DNA of 64,000 nt from an uncultured Acidobacteriota bacterium (GCA_963841895.1 CAWJEO010000020.1:87852-151851), one strand, 5' to 3'. Positions 45,524-58,627 are shown, numbered from the stretch's first letter. Program-made: numbers and translations. The notes: generated by a model not told the origin, from the sequence alone.

Positions 45524-48082
45524 TACTCGGCGCGCAGCGTCGCCAGCGGCTTGCGCTGCAGCACTTCCCACGACGAGACAACGCCGACGGCAGCGACCAG
45601 CACGCGCGCTCACGACGCACGCCGATGGCGCTGACGAGTGGCAGCGGCGACCACGGGATCTCGAGCGCGAACCGGCTGATGCCCCAGGTCAGCGCAATCG
45701 CGCCGACCGAACCGATCGTGCCCGGCCAGCGCGCCGAGCATGCCGTACTCCACCAGCAGCACGCTCGCGATCATGCGCCGCGTCGCGCCCAGCGTCTTGA
45801 AGATCGCGGCCTCGTAGATGCGCCGGAACTTCGTCATCGCCACCGCGCCAATCAGAATCAGCAGGCCGCTCAGCACGACCAGACTGCCCGACGACGCGTC
45901 ACGGCCAGCGTCACGTTGTCGACGACCGTGCGGATGGTCGTCGAGCATCTCGCGGCCGTCGATCACCGAGACGTTGGGAAATGCGAGCACGATCTGCCCC
46001 TGCAGCTTCGCTCGCGCGCCGCTGGTCCTCGGGCCCGCGGAAGAACGAGATGAAGCCATGCGGCGCCTGATCGAGCACGCCCGGCCGGAACACGAACATG
46101 AAGCCGCCGGCGCGGCTGTCGGACCATTCGACGCGCCGCACGCTGGACACGCGCGCCTCGACGACCCGGCCCATGACGTCGAACCGCACCGTGTCGCCGA
46201 CGTTGATGAGGAAGCGCTCGCGCAAGCTCTCTTCGATGGACACCTCGGCGTTGCGGCCGGCGTCGCGTCCCAGAAACGCGCCGGCGACCACCGTTTCGTT
46301 CGACTGCGAGCGCGCGGCCGGTAGGTCACGGTGTATTCACGCGCCAGCGAGCCGCGGCCACGCACGTCTTCGTAGTTCTCGAGCGACACTTCCTGCCCCT
46401 CGACGCCGGTCACCCGCGCCCGCAGCACCGGAATCAGCCGCGGCGGCCGCGCGTCCCGCGCTGCTTCCACTCGTCCAGGATCCGCATCATCGCCGGCGAC
46501 CTGGTCCTGCTGCACGTCGAGCAGGAACATGTCGGGCATGTCCGGCGACAGGTTGAAGGTGAACTCCTTGATCAGGTTCTCCTGCAGCGAGCGCACGCCG
46601 ACGATGAAGAAGCTGCCGAGGCCGACGGCCAGCAGGACGATCCGCGCCTGGCTGCCGGGCCGGCTCAGCTGCAGCACCGCGTGGCGCAGCGGGAACCAGC
46701 GCGTCTGCGACAACGGCCTGATGGCGCGTGATGAGCGCGGTGCCGGCCAGATGCAGGACAAGAGCGGCGCGCGGCAAAGCCGATCGCGACGACGCGCGCC
46801 GACGCGAAGCGAGCCGGCCTGCCACACGGTCAGACCGACCAGACCCGAGCGACCACGCCGAGCGTGACGGCAATCTGGACGGGGTCGCCGCTTGCGGCCC
46901 GTGGCTTCGTCCCGCAGCAGCAGCGACGGCTTGACGTGCCGGATGTCGAGCAGCGGCACGAGCGAGAACAGCACGGACACGAGCAGGCCGATGCCGAATC
47001 CCTGCAGCACCGCCGGCGCCGGTCAGCGAGTAGTCGACGACGACGCCGGGCGTCGCGGCGGCAGCCAGCGTCGACGGAATCGCCGCGATGGCGATGCCGG
47101 CCAGCAGCACGCCGAACACGCTGCCGGCCAGGCCGAGCGCGACGACCTGCGCCATGTAGATCGTCAGCAGCTGCCCCGAGCGTCCGCCGACGCACTTCAG
47201 GATCGCGATGCTGCGGATCTTCTGCTGGACGAACACGCGCGTCACGCTCGACACGCCGATGCCGCCGAGGATCACGATCACCAGGCCGACCAGGCTCAGA
47301 TAGTTCTCGGCGCGCGCGAAGTCTTCGCCGATGTCGTCTTCGGTGGCCTTGTACGAGCGCACGCGCGCGAAGGTGTTGGCGAAGTCGCGGCGCAGGCTCG
47401 CGACCAGGCATCGAGCTTGCGCGTCGGGCACCTTGACCAGCCGCTGGAACGAGGCGCGGCTGCCGAAGCCGAGGAGCCCGGTCTGCTCGAGGGCCTCGCG
47501 GCTGATGAACACCCGCGGCCCGAGGCTGAACGCGCCGAGCCGCCGGCCCGGTTCCGCTTCGATGACGCCGCGAATCGTGAAGCGCTTCGTGCCGATCAGG
47601 AGCGCGTCGCCGACCGCCAGATTCAGCTGCGCCAGCAGCTCCGGGCGGGCGAGCACGCCGAAGTCCTCGAGCAGCGCGTAGTCGTAGCGCTGGCCGTTCG
47701 CGAGCTTGAGCTCGCCGTAGAACGGAAACCCGGCTTCGACCGCCCGCAGTTCGACCATGCGGGTCATGGCCGCCGGTCTGCTCGGCGCCGCGGACCATCG
47801 TCGCGACCTCGACCGAGAGGTGGCTGGCCGCGTCGGCACTCGGCGAGCCGCTAGTCGATGATGGCGGTCGACGCTCTCGTCGAACGCCCGATTGCTGGTG
47901 ATGATCGCGTCGGCCGTGATGAGCGCCCGCGCTTCGCCGGCGAAGACCTGCCGGACGCTTTGGATGACCGAGCGGATCGCGACGATCGCGCCGACGCCGA
48001 TGGACAGGCAGAGAAAGAAGAACAGCAGGCGCCGCCACGACGCGCGCATCTCGCGGATCGTCATCGCGACGACGAACGTCAT
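45524..48082 (-). CDS. Large FtsX-domain ABC transporter permease (YbbP-like, two FtsX modules), with six or more frame breaks.
   Basis: MTFVVAMTIREMRASWRRLLFFFLCLSIGVGAIVAIRS, IAILKCVGG and the tail VGVVSSWEVLQRKPLATLRAE-stop at 45524. Confidence 0.8.
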
Positions 48083-48776
48083 CGCGCCCGCTCCGCCGGC
48101 GGCCAGGTCGTCGCGTCGTCGACCGGGCGGCCGTCGCGGAGCGTCAGCCGGGCGTCGGCGATCGCCGCGACCGACGGGTCGTGCGTGACGAGCACGAGCG
48201 TCGCCTTGCGCGTCTTACGGACCTGCAGCAGCAGATCGAGGATGTGCCGGCCGTTGGTGGAATCGAGATTGCCGGTCGGCTCGTCGGCGAGGATGAGCGG
48301 CGGGTCGTTGGCCAGCGCACGCGCGATGGCGATGCGCTGCTGCTCGCCGCCCGACAACTGCGACGGATAGTGGTGACCGCGATCGTGCAGGCCGACTTCG
48401 TCGAGCAGCGCCTGCGCGCGCGTCCGCGCGTCGCGCCGGCCGGCGATTTCCATCGGCACGAGGATGTTCTCCAGCGCGGTCAGCGACGGCACCAGATGGA
48501 AGAACTGGAAGACGAAGCCGACCTTTTCGCCGCGCAGCCGCGCCAGGCTGTCTTCGTCGAGGCGGGTGATGTCGACGCCGTCGATCAGGACGTTGCCCGC
48601 TCGTCGGCGAATCGAGGCCGGCGATGAGCCCGAGCAGCGTGGACTTGCCGCTGCCCGACGGGCCGATGATGGCCAGGCACTGCCCCGCCGGCACGGTCAT
48701 CGTGAGCGGATGCAGAATGGTGAGCGGGTGGCCGCCGCTCTGAACGGTCTTGCTGACGTCACGCAGCTCGATCATC
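48079..48776 (-). CDS. ABC transporter ATP-binding protein (YbbA-like), with one or two frame breaks.
   Basis: MIELRDVSKTV, Walker A GPSGSGKSTLLGLIAGLD, signature LSGGEQQRIAIARAL, Walker B ILADEPTGNLD. Confidence 0.88.
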
Positions 48777-49541
48777 GTGTGGTGGTCGTTCGGAGGCTGC
48801 GCGAGTTCAGGTTCGAGCGCACGCCAGACGAGATCGGCGACGATCGCGGCGCCTCGCGCGTTCGGATGGATCCCATCGGCCTGGTTCAGCGCGGGGTTGC
48901 CGGCCACGCCGTCGAGCAGGAACGGCAGCAAGCGGACTTTGTACTTCTCGGCCAGCGCCGGAGTAGACCGCCACGGAACCGGGTCGTGTAGTCGGCGCCA
49001 AAGTTCGGCGGCGCTTCCATGCCGGCCAGGATCGACGCGGAGCCCCTTCTCCTGGGCGTGCTCGATGATCGTCGCAAGGTTCTGCTCCAGTTGTTCGGGC
49101 GGCAGTCCGCGCAACCCGTCGTTGCCGCCGAGCGCCACGACCAGGGCCTTCGGCTCGCCCTCCGCCATCGCGTACTCGAGTCGCCGCAGTCCGCCCGCCG
49201 AGGTGTCGCCCGACACGCCCGCGTTCGACGACGAGGTAGCGCTCGCCCGCCGTGTCCAGGCGCTGCTGAATCACGCGACGGGAAAACTCTGTTCGAGCGG
49301 CAGGCCGAGACCGGCGGTCAGGCTGTCGCCGAGGACGATGATGCGGGGGGCGTTCTCGAGATCCTTGCGGCGCGGCGGCCGCGGCCGCGAGGCCGGCGCG
49401 GCTTCAGGGGCGCGGCGCCGTCACCGGCCGGTTTGCCCGCCGCGCGATCGCGCTCGGGATCGCGGAATGCTGCAGCCGATCAGAAGCGGAAAAACGAGGA
49501 GGACACTCGCCAAGAATTGCCCGCGGCACCACTGCCTTCAT
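48773..49541 (-). CDS. SGNH/GDSL arylesterase-thioesterase (TesA-like) with a lipoprotein signal, and four or more frame breaks.
   Basis: Lipobox FLASVLLVFPLLIGCS (shifted frame), IIVLGDSLTAG, NAGVSGDT, ALGGNDG and ADGIHPN. The stop overlaps the ATPase ATG (ATGA). Confidence 0.75.
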
Positions 49542-49584
49542 TATACGTGTCGGGTGCGAAGGCCAGTTTCCTTTGAGTCTGCGT

Positions 49585-50337
49585 TCACGCCTGGACGAAC
49601 AGCACGACCGCGGTGGCATTGTCCGTCGTCGGCGCGTCAATCGCGGCGCGCACGACGTGCTTCGCCGCAAGGTCCGGCCCATCCGCCTCGAGAAGCTCGC
49701 GTCAGGCCCTCGGGTCGACAACGCCGTGCACGCCGTCGCTGGTGAACAGCCAGTGCTCGTGCCGCACGAGGCTCACTTCCGTGATCGTCGGCGACAGCTC
49801 GGGCTTCATCCCGATGCCGCGGGTCAGCGCATGACGCATCGGATGGTGCGGCCGCCGCGCCGGCGCCAGAGCCATCATCACGTTGAGCCACGTATCGTCC
49901 TGCGTCATCTGCTGCAGCCGCGCGCCGCCGCACGCGTAGGCGCGGCTGTCGCCGACGTGCGCGATGACGATGCGATCGCCCTCGATGAGACCTGCGACGA
50001 CCGTCGTGCCCATCCCCGCATGGCGCGGATTCCGGCGGCCGGCGTCGAGCACCTCGCGGTTCGCGATCCGGAGGGCGACGCCAGACCGGTTGGCCGCCGA
50101 ACGATTCGCGCGCGATCCAGCGGGTACGGCCAGGTCAGATCGCTGCCAGCGGCCGAGTCGCGGATGAACGACGTAATCGCGTCGCAGGCCATGCCGCGAC
50201 GCCACTTCCCCGGCGCTGTGCCCTCCCATGCCGTCGGCAACGAGCAACAGACCCAGATCGAGGTCGACGAAGCTGAGACATCCTCGTTCGTCGGGCCGCG
50301 GCCCCGTCTCCGACCACCCTCCTGCGGAAAGCCGCAT
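49585..50337 (-). CDS. PP2C-family Ser/Thr protein phosphatase with about three frame breaks.
   Basis: LLLVADGMGGHSAGEVAS, MGTTVVAGLIEGDRIVIAHVGDSRAY and WLFTSDGVHG...DNATAVVLFVQA. Confidence 0.85.
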
Positions 50338-50362
50338 CCCTAACAGAGTGCCATAAAGCTCA

Positions 50363-50380
50363 GGTGGATACTTGGTATAC
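50363..50380. promoter_or_regulatory. GGTGGATAC-ttg-GTATAC motif in the PP2C/activator divergent spacer.
   Basis: It shares GGTGGATAC-N3-GTAT with the perfect palindrome at 53377-53396. Confidence 0.35.
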
Positions 50381-50414
50381 TTTCGCCGTGGTCAGTACGC
50401 CACTGCAGCCCGTC

Positions 50415-53388
50415 ATGGCCCGGGCCGCCGCGCATCTGGAGCGCGGGCAGGCCCAGGCCGCCGCCGACCTCGTGCTCGGCCGCTGCTCGAAACGTCCCTG
50501 AAGCGGGTCGACGAGCTGGCTATCCGCGCCGCGCTGAGCCGAGGCCCTGCTCCTGCAGGGCGACGTCGCCCAGGCCCAGCCCGACCCTCGGGCGGCCGCC
50601 GGACGCGTTCCGCGAGCCGCTGCCGCCCGTTCTGCTCTCGACGCTGTGGCGGCTCCACGGCCGCGTCGCCTATGCGCGCAGGCGATCAGTCGCGCGCGAT
50701 CGCCCTGCAGGGCCGCGCCCTGAAACAGGCGGACACCGCCCACGACTCGCGGTCGATCGGCCTCGCCCACTACGAGCTGGCGCTCTGCTACACCAAGGTT
50801 GGCGACACGGCGATTGTCCGCGAGCACGTGACCGAGGCCGCTGCCGCCCTGCACGCCGCCGGCGACCGACGGCACCTGGCGATGGTCCACTCGCTGTCGG
50901 GCACGATGCTCGCCCAGGCCGGGCGCTACGACGAGGCCTCGGCCGCCCTGCGGCTGGCCGAACAGCAGGCCGACGCGCGCTCAGCGCCAACGACGTGCTC
51001 GCGAGCATCTGCATCAACCAGGCCAACGTCGCGCTGATCCAGCACCGCTACGATCAGGCGCTGGCGCTGGCCGAGCGCGCCGTCGACGCTCGTCGAGGCG
51101 CTCGGGCCGCTCGCGGTGACCGCCGTGGCTCTCGGCACGCTCGGTCAGATCTGCGTGCGCATGGGCGATCTCGCGCGCGCCGACGCGATGCTTCACCGCG
51201 CGCTCGAAGCGCGCAGCTGCGGTGCGCTTCCACGAGACGACCGGCGCCGTCTACGACACGCTCGCGCAGATGTCGCTGATGCGCGGCGACTACGAGAGCG
51301 CTTCCGAGTATCTGCAGCGCGCCGCCGATGCCTACGGCGCTTACGGCCGGCAGACCAGCAAGTGGTACGAGTGGTCGGTCCGCGTCATCAGCGCGCGACT
51401 CGCGATTCGCCGCGGCTACGCCCGACGCGGCGCTCGACGATCGCCGACGAAATCGTGCGGCACGCCCGATGCGCCCCCCGCCGAGGTCCTGCAGGGCGAA
51501 CTGATCGGCATCGAGGCGCTGCTCGCCGCCGAGCGCATCGACGAGGCCGAGGCACGCCTCACGCGGGTCGAGTCCACGCATCGATCCGCGATCCACACCC
51601 GGGCGCGTGGGGCGAGTTCCTTCGGCTGCGCGGCGATCTCCGCCGGCGGCAGTCGCGGGCCAGCGAGGCGTATCACGACATCGCGCAGAGCGCGAGCGTG
51701 TTCGATCTCGTCGGCGAGCGCTATCAGGCGGGCGTCAGTCAGCTGGCGCTCGGCCGTCTGGCCGCCCGCGCCGGCGCGCGCTCCGCCGCGGAACGTCACT
51801 GCCAGCAGGCGGCCGACATCTTCGAGTCGCTCGGCGCCACGCGCGATCTCGCAGGCCGCACGCGAGGCGCTGCCAGCCACCCAGCAACTCGGGCACCGGC
51901 GAATACGTCGGTTCGCCCGGCGGATGCCGACGACGCGCTGATCCGGCGGCTGGTGGACGCGGCGATCCTGCCGCAGCTCCTCGCGCGCGAGCTGGCTGCG
52001 GCACTCGATCGAGGCGATCGCCGCCGACGCCGCCGTGGTGTTCGTCGAGCCGTCGGGCCGGGAGATCTGCGCTGCTCGCTCACGCCGGCGTCGATGCCGA
52101 CGGCGCCCGCACCGTCGCACGCCTCGCGCTGCAGGGCGGCGCCTACGGCACCGGCAGCCGTCGTCGTCGAACGGATCGGGCGGGAGACGTGACGGCCGCG
52201 CGTCTCGTCGCGTCGCGACGCAGCGGCCGCTGGGGCACCACCTGGCGCGGCGCGTGCGGATGATGGCGGCGGTCGCGCGCCAGGGATTCGAGCTGTGCGG
52301 CGCGCGCGAGCGGCCGGCCAAGCCGGCCGACACGACGGCGGAACGGTCGCTCGAGCCGCTCCTGCCTGGGTTCGTCTGCGCGTCAGCGGCGATGCACACG
52401 CGTCGCCGACCAGATCCAGCGGCTGCAGGGCAACGACCTCACGGTGCTGATCACTGGCGAGAGCGGCACGGGCAAGGAGCTGATCGCGCGGGCCATTCAC
52501 GTCGGATCGCTCCGCAGCAAGGCCGTGTTCCTGCCCTACAACTGCACGACGACGACGCGGGAGCTGGCCGACAGTCAGCTGTTCGGTCATCGCCGCGGGC
52601 TCGTTCACCGGCGCGCATTGCCGATCAGCCCGGTCTCGTGCGCACGGCGTCGGGCGGCACGCTGTTCATGGACGAAATCGGCGACCTGCCGATCGACGTC
52701 CAGCCCAAGCTGCTGCGCTTCCTCGAGCAGGGCGAGATCATGCCGATCGGCGAGACGCGCCCGCAGCGCGTCGACGTCCGCGCCCTCGCCGCCACCAATG
52801 CGGACCTCGAGCAGCGCGTCGCCGAAGGCAAGTTCCGCGAGGACCTCTACTACCGCCTCAGCGTGATTCGCATCCACGTCCCGCCGCTTCGCCAGCGGCG
52901 CGAGGAGATCCCCCACCTCAGCACGTTCTTCCTGCGCGAGGCGTGCGAGCGCCTGGCCAAGCCGGAAGTCCAATTGAGTTCGAGCGCGCTCCAGGTGTTT
53001 GCACAGTATTGGTGGCCGGGCAACGTTCGCCAGCTGCGAAACGAGGTACAACGGGCGGTGGCGCTGGCGCCGGCGGGCGGGACCGTCGAACCCGAGCATC
53101 TCTCTGACGAATTGGCCGCGGCAGAGTCGCAAACGTCGTCCCCCGGCCGCCGCGCGATTCGGGAAACTGGCGCTCGGACCCGGCCAGACGCTGGCCTCGC
53201 TGGTCGATGACGTGGAGCGCGACCTGATTCGCGAAGCGGTCGCGAATCACAAGGGCAACATCTCAGAAACGGCGCGAGCGCTGGGGCTGACCCGACGCGG
53301 GCTTTACCTGAAGCTCAGGCGACTCGGCCTCGAAGTCGGCGGCAATCTGAATACTTACTATCCAAACACAGCCATTGGTGGATACTAA
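50415..53388 (+). CDS. Large sigma54-dependent transcriptional activator with a TPR-rich N-terminal region of about 650 aa, ten or more frame breaks and an approximate start.
   Basis: TPR-like helices GLAHYELALCYTKVGD, AMVHSLSGTMLAQAGRYDEA and TLAQMSLMRGDYESASEYLQRA. AAA+ domain LITGESGTGKELIARAIH, LFMDEIGDLP and WPGNVRQLRNE. HTH motif GNISETARALGLTRRGLYLKLRRLG. Confidence 0.85.
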
Positions 53389-53396
53389 GTATCCAC
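53377..53396. promoter_or_regulatory. Perfect palindrome GTGGATAC-taa-GTATCCAC spanning the activator stop codon.
   Basis: ggtggatactaagtatccac read directly. The TAA stop forms the 3-nt spacer. Confidence 0.5.
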
Positions 53397-53415
53397 ATCG
53401 ATTGCAGTTTTGTCA

Positions 53416-53446
53416 TTGCATTAATAGTCTCTAAAGTCGTTATAAA
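53416..53446 (+). promoter_or_regulatory. Sigma70-type promoter candidate for the PilZ gene (TTGCAT-N18/19-T/TATAAA).
   Basis: ttgcat taatagtctctaaagtcg ttataaa, inside the AT-rich island. Confidence 0.3.
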
Positions 53447-53524
53447 GTCCTTCTAATATCAGATTTGTCATCCATGCACGACGATATGTGCAGAGTCGGC
53501 GCGGAACTTGGATATAGAGCGGGC

Positions 53525-53928
53525 ATGGCAACTCGACTTTCTCCGGTCCCGAACACCCCACAGCGCGTCCGCAACCCGACAGCCGTCGTCGTTGCCGGCC
53601 CGACTGACCTGGAAGGATGCGTCGGGTGCCGTGCGGTTCACGTCGGTCACCACCCGCGACATCAGCGAGGCCGGCGCCTTCGTCGAGGCGGACAACGCCG
53701 CGGCGATTCCGCTCTACCGCATCGTGCACCTGCAGCTGGAGCGCGGCGCGCGCGAGCTCAATGGCCTTCCGGAGCGGCTGCGCGAAGGCCGGGTGCTGTC
53801 GGCGGTGTGGCGTGTTGGCCCGACGCCGGGCGTCACGTGGAACGCCCGCCGGCTATGCGCTGCGCTTCCTGGTCGATCCCGGCGTGCGAACAGCGGCAGT
53901 CGCGCCGTCGATGGCGGTCGCCAGCTGA
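53525..53928 (+). CDS. PilZ domain protein with about two frame breaks.
   Basis: PARLTWKDASGAVRFTSVTTRDISEAGAFVEADNAAAIPLYRIVHLQLE. The N-terminus MATRLSPVPNTPQRVRNP is in a shifted frame. Confidence 0.6.
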
Positions 53929-53988
53929 CATTCCGACATGTCGCGATCTCAGGATGATTGGCGATCGTCAGCGATCACGCAGGTTCGC

Positions 53989-54030
53989 TTAGATCACCAG
54001 ATCGCCAGATCGCCAGATCACCAGATCTCA
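53989..54030 (+). repeat. Exact 8-nt phased CCAGATCR array of four units or more.
   Basis: ccagatcg ccagatcg ccagatca ccagatct at 53997-54028. It overlaps the last codons and the stop (54018) of the MBL gene on the minus strand. Confidence 0.85.
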
Positions 54031-54925
54031 GCGCCAGCTCGTTTTCGCCAGTAGCGCGCCAGTCCCAGCCACAACTGATCGAACGGCCGCGGCCGCTTCC
54101 GTCGACTTCGCATCTTCCTCCGACAGCACCCGACGGGCGTCGGCGCGCATGTCCTCGATGAACCGGCGGATGCGCTCTTCGTCGGTCCCTCCGCGCGAGC
54201 GTGGCTCGGACGAATGCGGCCTGTCGCGCCAGCACGCCCCGGAACTGGCGCAGGTGTTCGGCCGGCTCGTCGACAACGCCGAAGTGCGTGAGGACGAGCG
54301 ACGACGGCCGCCAGCTCTCGATAGATCGCGAGGCTCTTCTCCCAGAGCTCGAGATCGATGTCGGGCGGCGGCGTCGGCGCCTTGATGTAGCCGCTTCGGC
54401 GACGCGAATGCCGGCGGTGTCGCCGACGAACGCTTGCCGGTCCCGGGATCGAGGTAGCTCACGTGGTGCGAGGCGTGTCCCGGCGTGTACGCGACCTCGA
54501 GTGTGCGGCCGGCGACGTCGAGCCGTTCGCCGCCGCTCAGCACCTTCAGTCCGATCCGCCGGCACCGGCCGGAACTCGCCCCAGAAGCGATCCATGTTCG
54601 GCGCCGTAGAGCCGCGTCGCGCTCGCCAGCAGCTTCGACGGATCGACCATGTGCGGCGCGCCGCGCTCGTGCACGTAGAGCAACCGCGCGCGGCAGCCGC
54701 GCGAGCAGCGTGCCAGTCGCGCCGGCATGATCGAGATGGATGTGCGTCAGCAGGATCGCCTGCACGTCGTCGAGCCGCAGCTCGTGGTCGTGCAGCCCGC
54801 TCTCGAGTGCCGGCAGGCAGGACGTCGGCCCGGGATCGATCGAGCGTCAGCCCGGACGGCCCCTGCAGCACCGCCGTCCCGATCACATGCCGAAGACCGA
54901 GAAAGTGGAGATCGATGAAATGCAT
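54018..54925 (-). CDS. MBL-fold metallo-hydrolase with four or more frame breaks.
   Basis: MHFIDLHFLG, LLTHIHLDHAG, LEVAYTPGHASHH and the tail PFDQLWLGLARYWRKRAGAEIW-stop. Confidence 0.8.
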
Positions 54926-54930
54926 GGCGT

Positions 54931-55062
54931 CAGGTGACTCAGGTGCCGAGGTGCCAGAGTGCCAAGGTGCCAGTGTGCTCACGTGCCGGGGTGCTCACGT
55001 GCCAGGGCAGCTATCGAGCACGATGGCACGAGAGCACCGTGGCACCCTGGCACTCTGGCACC
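54931..55062. repeat. Inverted pair of 8-nt phased arrays, nine RGTGCY units facing six GRGCAC/TGGCAC units.
   Basis: aggtgccg aggtgcca gagtgcca aggtgcca gtgtgctc acgtgccg gggtgctc acgtgcca ... gagcacga tggcacga gagcaccg tggcaccc tggcactc tggcacc. Confidence 0.9.
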
Positions 55063-55067
55063 TTCGG

Positions 55068-55603
55068 TCAATCGTGATACGACAGCGTCGCGGACTGATT
55101 GCTGATAGCGGCCGTCCGGGCCGGGGCGTGAAGACGCGACACCCATCGAGGTTGCCGCCGTAGACGTGCAGCGTCACCGACGGTCGCGTCGGCCGCGCGT
55201 TGGCGAGCACGTGATAGTCGGTCGGCGGAATCAGGCGGCCCGCACTGCCGACGCCGGCCGTGAGCGGCCCGCCGATCGCCGCCACGCGGAACGCCTCGCC
55301 GTCGGCCTGCACGTCGTACTGCGTCACGCTCATCTCGCCTTCGACGACGCCTTCGACACACCAGAGCCCGCCGTGATCGTGGACCGCCGTGCCCTGCCCC
55401 GGTCCCCAGGTCATCACCACCGCGGTATAGCGGTTCGCGGGATCCTGATACAGCAGCCGGCGCGCATAGCAGTCCGGTCGCGGCACCCGGAACCGTTCGT
55501 CGAGCATCGAGCGCCGGATCGGCCCAGCAGATCTTCGAGATCCGCCTTGACCCGCGCGGTGATCGCCTCGACCGATCCGGCCTCGACGGCCGCGTTCAGC
55601 CGA

Positions 55604-55632
<29 letters not shown>
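55068..55632 (-). CDS. Cysteine dioxygenase type I-like cupin protein with two frame breaks.
   Basis: [44 protein letters not shown] and TLHVYGG. The likely tail is [12 protein letters not shown]-stop at 55068. Confidence 0.7.
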
Positions 55633-58066
<2,434 letters not shown>

Positions 58067-58098
58067 CGAGCAAAAGTCTAATGCACGCTGGCGGAGCG

Positions 58099-58615
58099 CT
58101 ACTTTCTGTAGGCGGCGTACAACCGCTGATCGCGAATCACGCCTTCCTTGATGGCACTCTGACGAAGCGTGCCCTCGAGCACGAATCCGGCCTTCTCGAG
58201 GACGCGGATGCTCGCCGCGTTGTCGGCGAACGGCAGGGCAAAGATGCGCGTCAGGTCCAGGCGTCGAAAGCCCTCGGCCGTCACTTCGCGCACCGCTTCG
58301 GTGACGATGCCGCGATTCCAGTACGATCTCGCCCAGCCAGTAGCCCAGTTCGGCAGAGACCCGCTCGACATCGGTCATCAGCTCGAACCCGATGCCGCCA
58401 ACCACCCGGCTGTCGACCTCGATCGCCCACACGGTTGGCACGGCAAGTTCGGCGACGCGGCCGAGAAAGAACCGCGCGTCCGTGTCGGTATAGGGCGACG
58501 GAAAGCGGTCGCGGAGATTCAGCCAGATCTTGCGGTTGTTGGCGTGTTCGACGATGGAGGCAGCGTCTGAGGGACGGAAATCACGGACAACCGACCGGGT
58601 GAGCTCGAGACGCAC
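58099..58615 (-). CDS. GNAT N-acetyltransferase (RimJ/RimL-like) with one frame break near 58340.
   Basis: LTRSVVRDFRPSDAASIVEHANN, AELGYWLG, WNRGIVTEAVREV and NAASIRVLEKAGFVLEG. Confidence 0.8.
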
Positions 58616-58627
58616 GGCTCCAAGGAA

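Noticed and set aside
48215-49216. Apparent TesA-ABC ATPase fusion ORF.
   Set aside because: The logic is the same: CGATGATC at 48771-48778 gives an ATGA overlap if one upstream indel is corrected.
49540-49545. TATAAT hexamer (minus strand) overlapping the tesA-like ATG, suggesting a leaderless mRNA.
   Set aside because: A -10 box overlapping the start codon would place the transcription start downstream of the ATG. It is probably coincidental, or the true start differs.
53400-53525. Sigma54 promoter for the PilZ gene downstream of the activator.
   Set aside because: I checked every GG dinucleotide in the interval and none has GC at the +12 offset.
54931-55062. Multiple TGGCAC motifs on both strands of the array as sigma54 promoters.
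   Set aside because: With an 8-nt period, the next GC falls 9-10 nt after GG, not the required 12. No copy has a TTGC-like -12 box in register.
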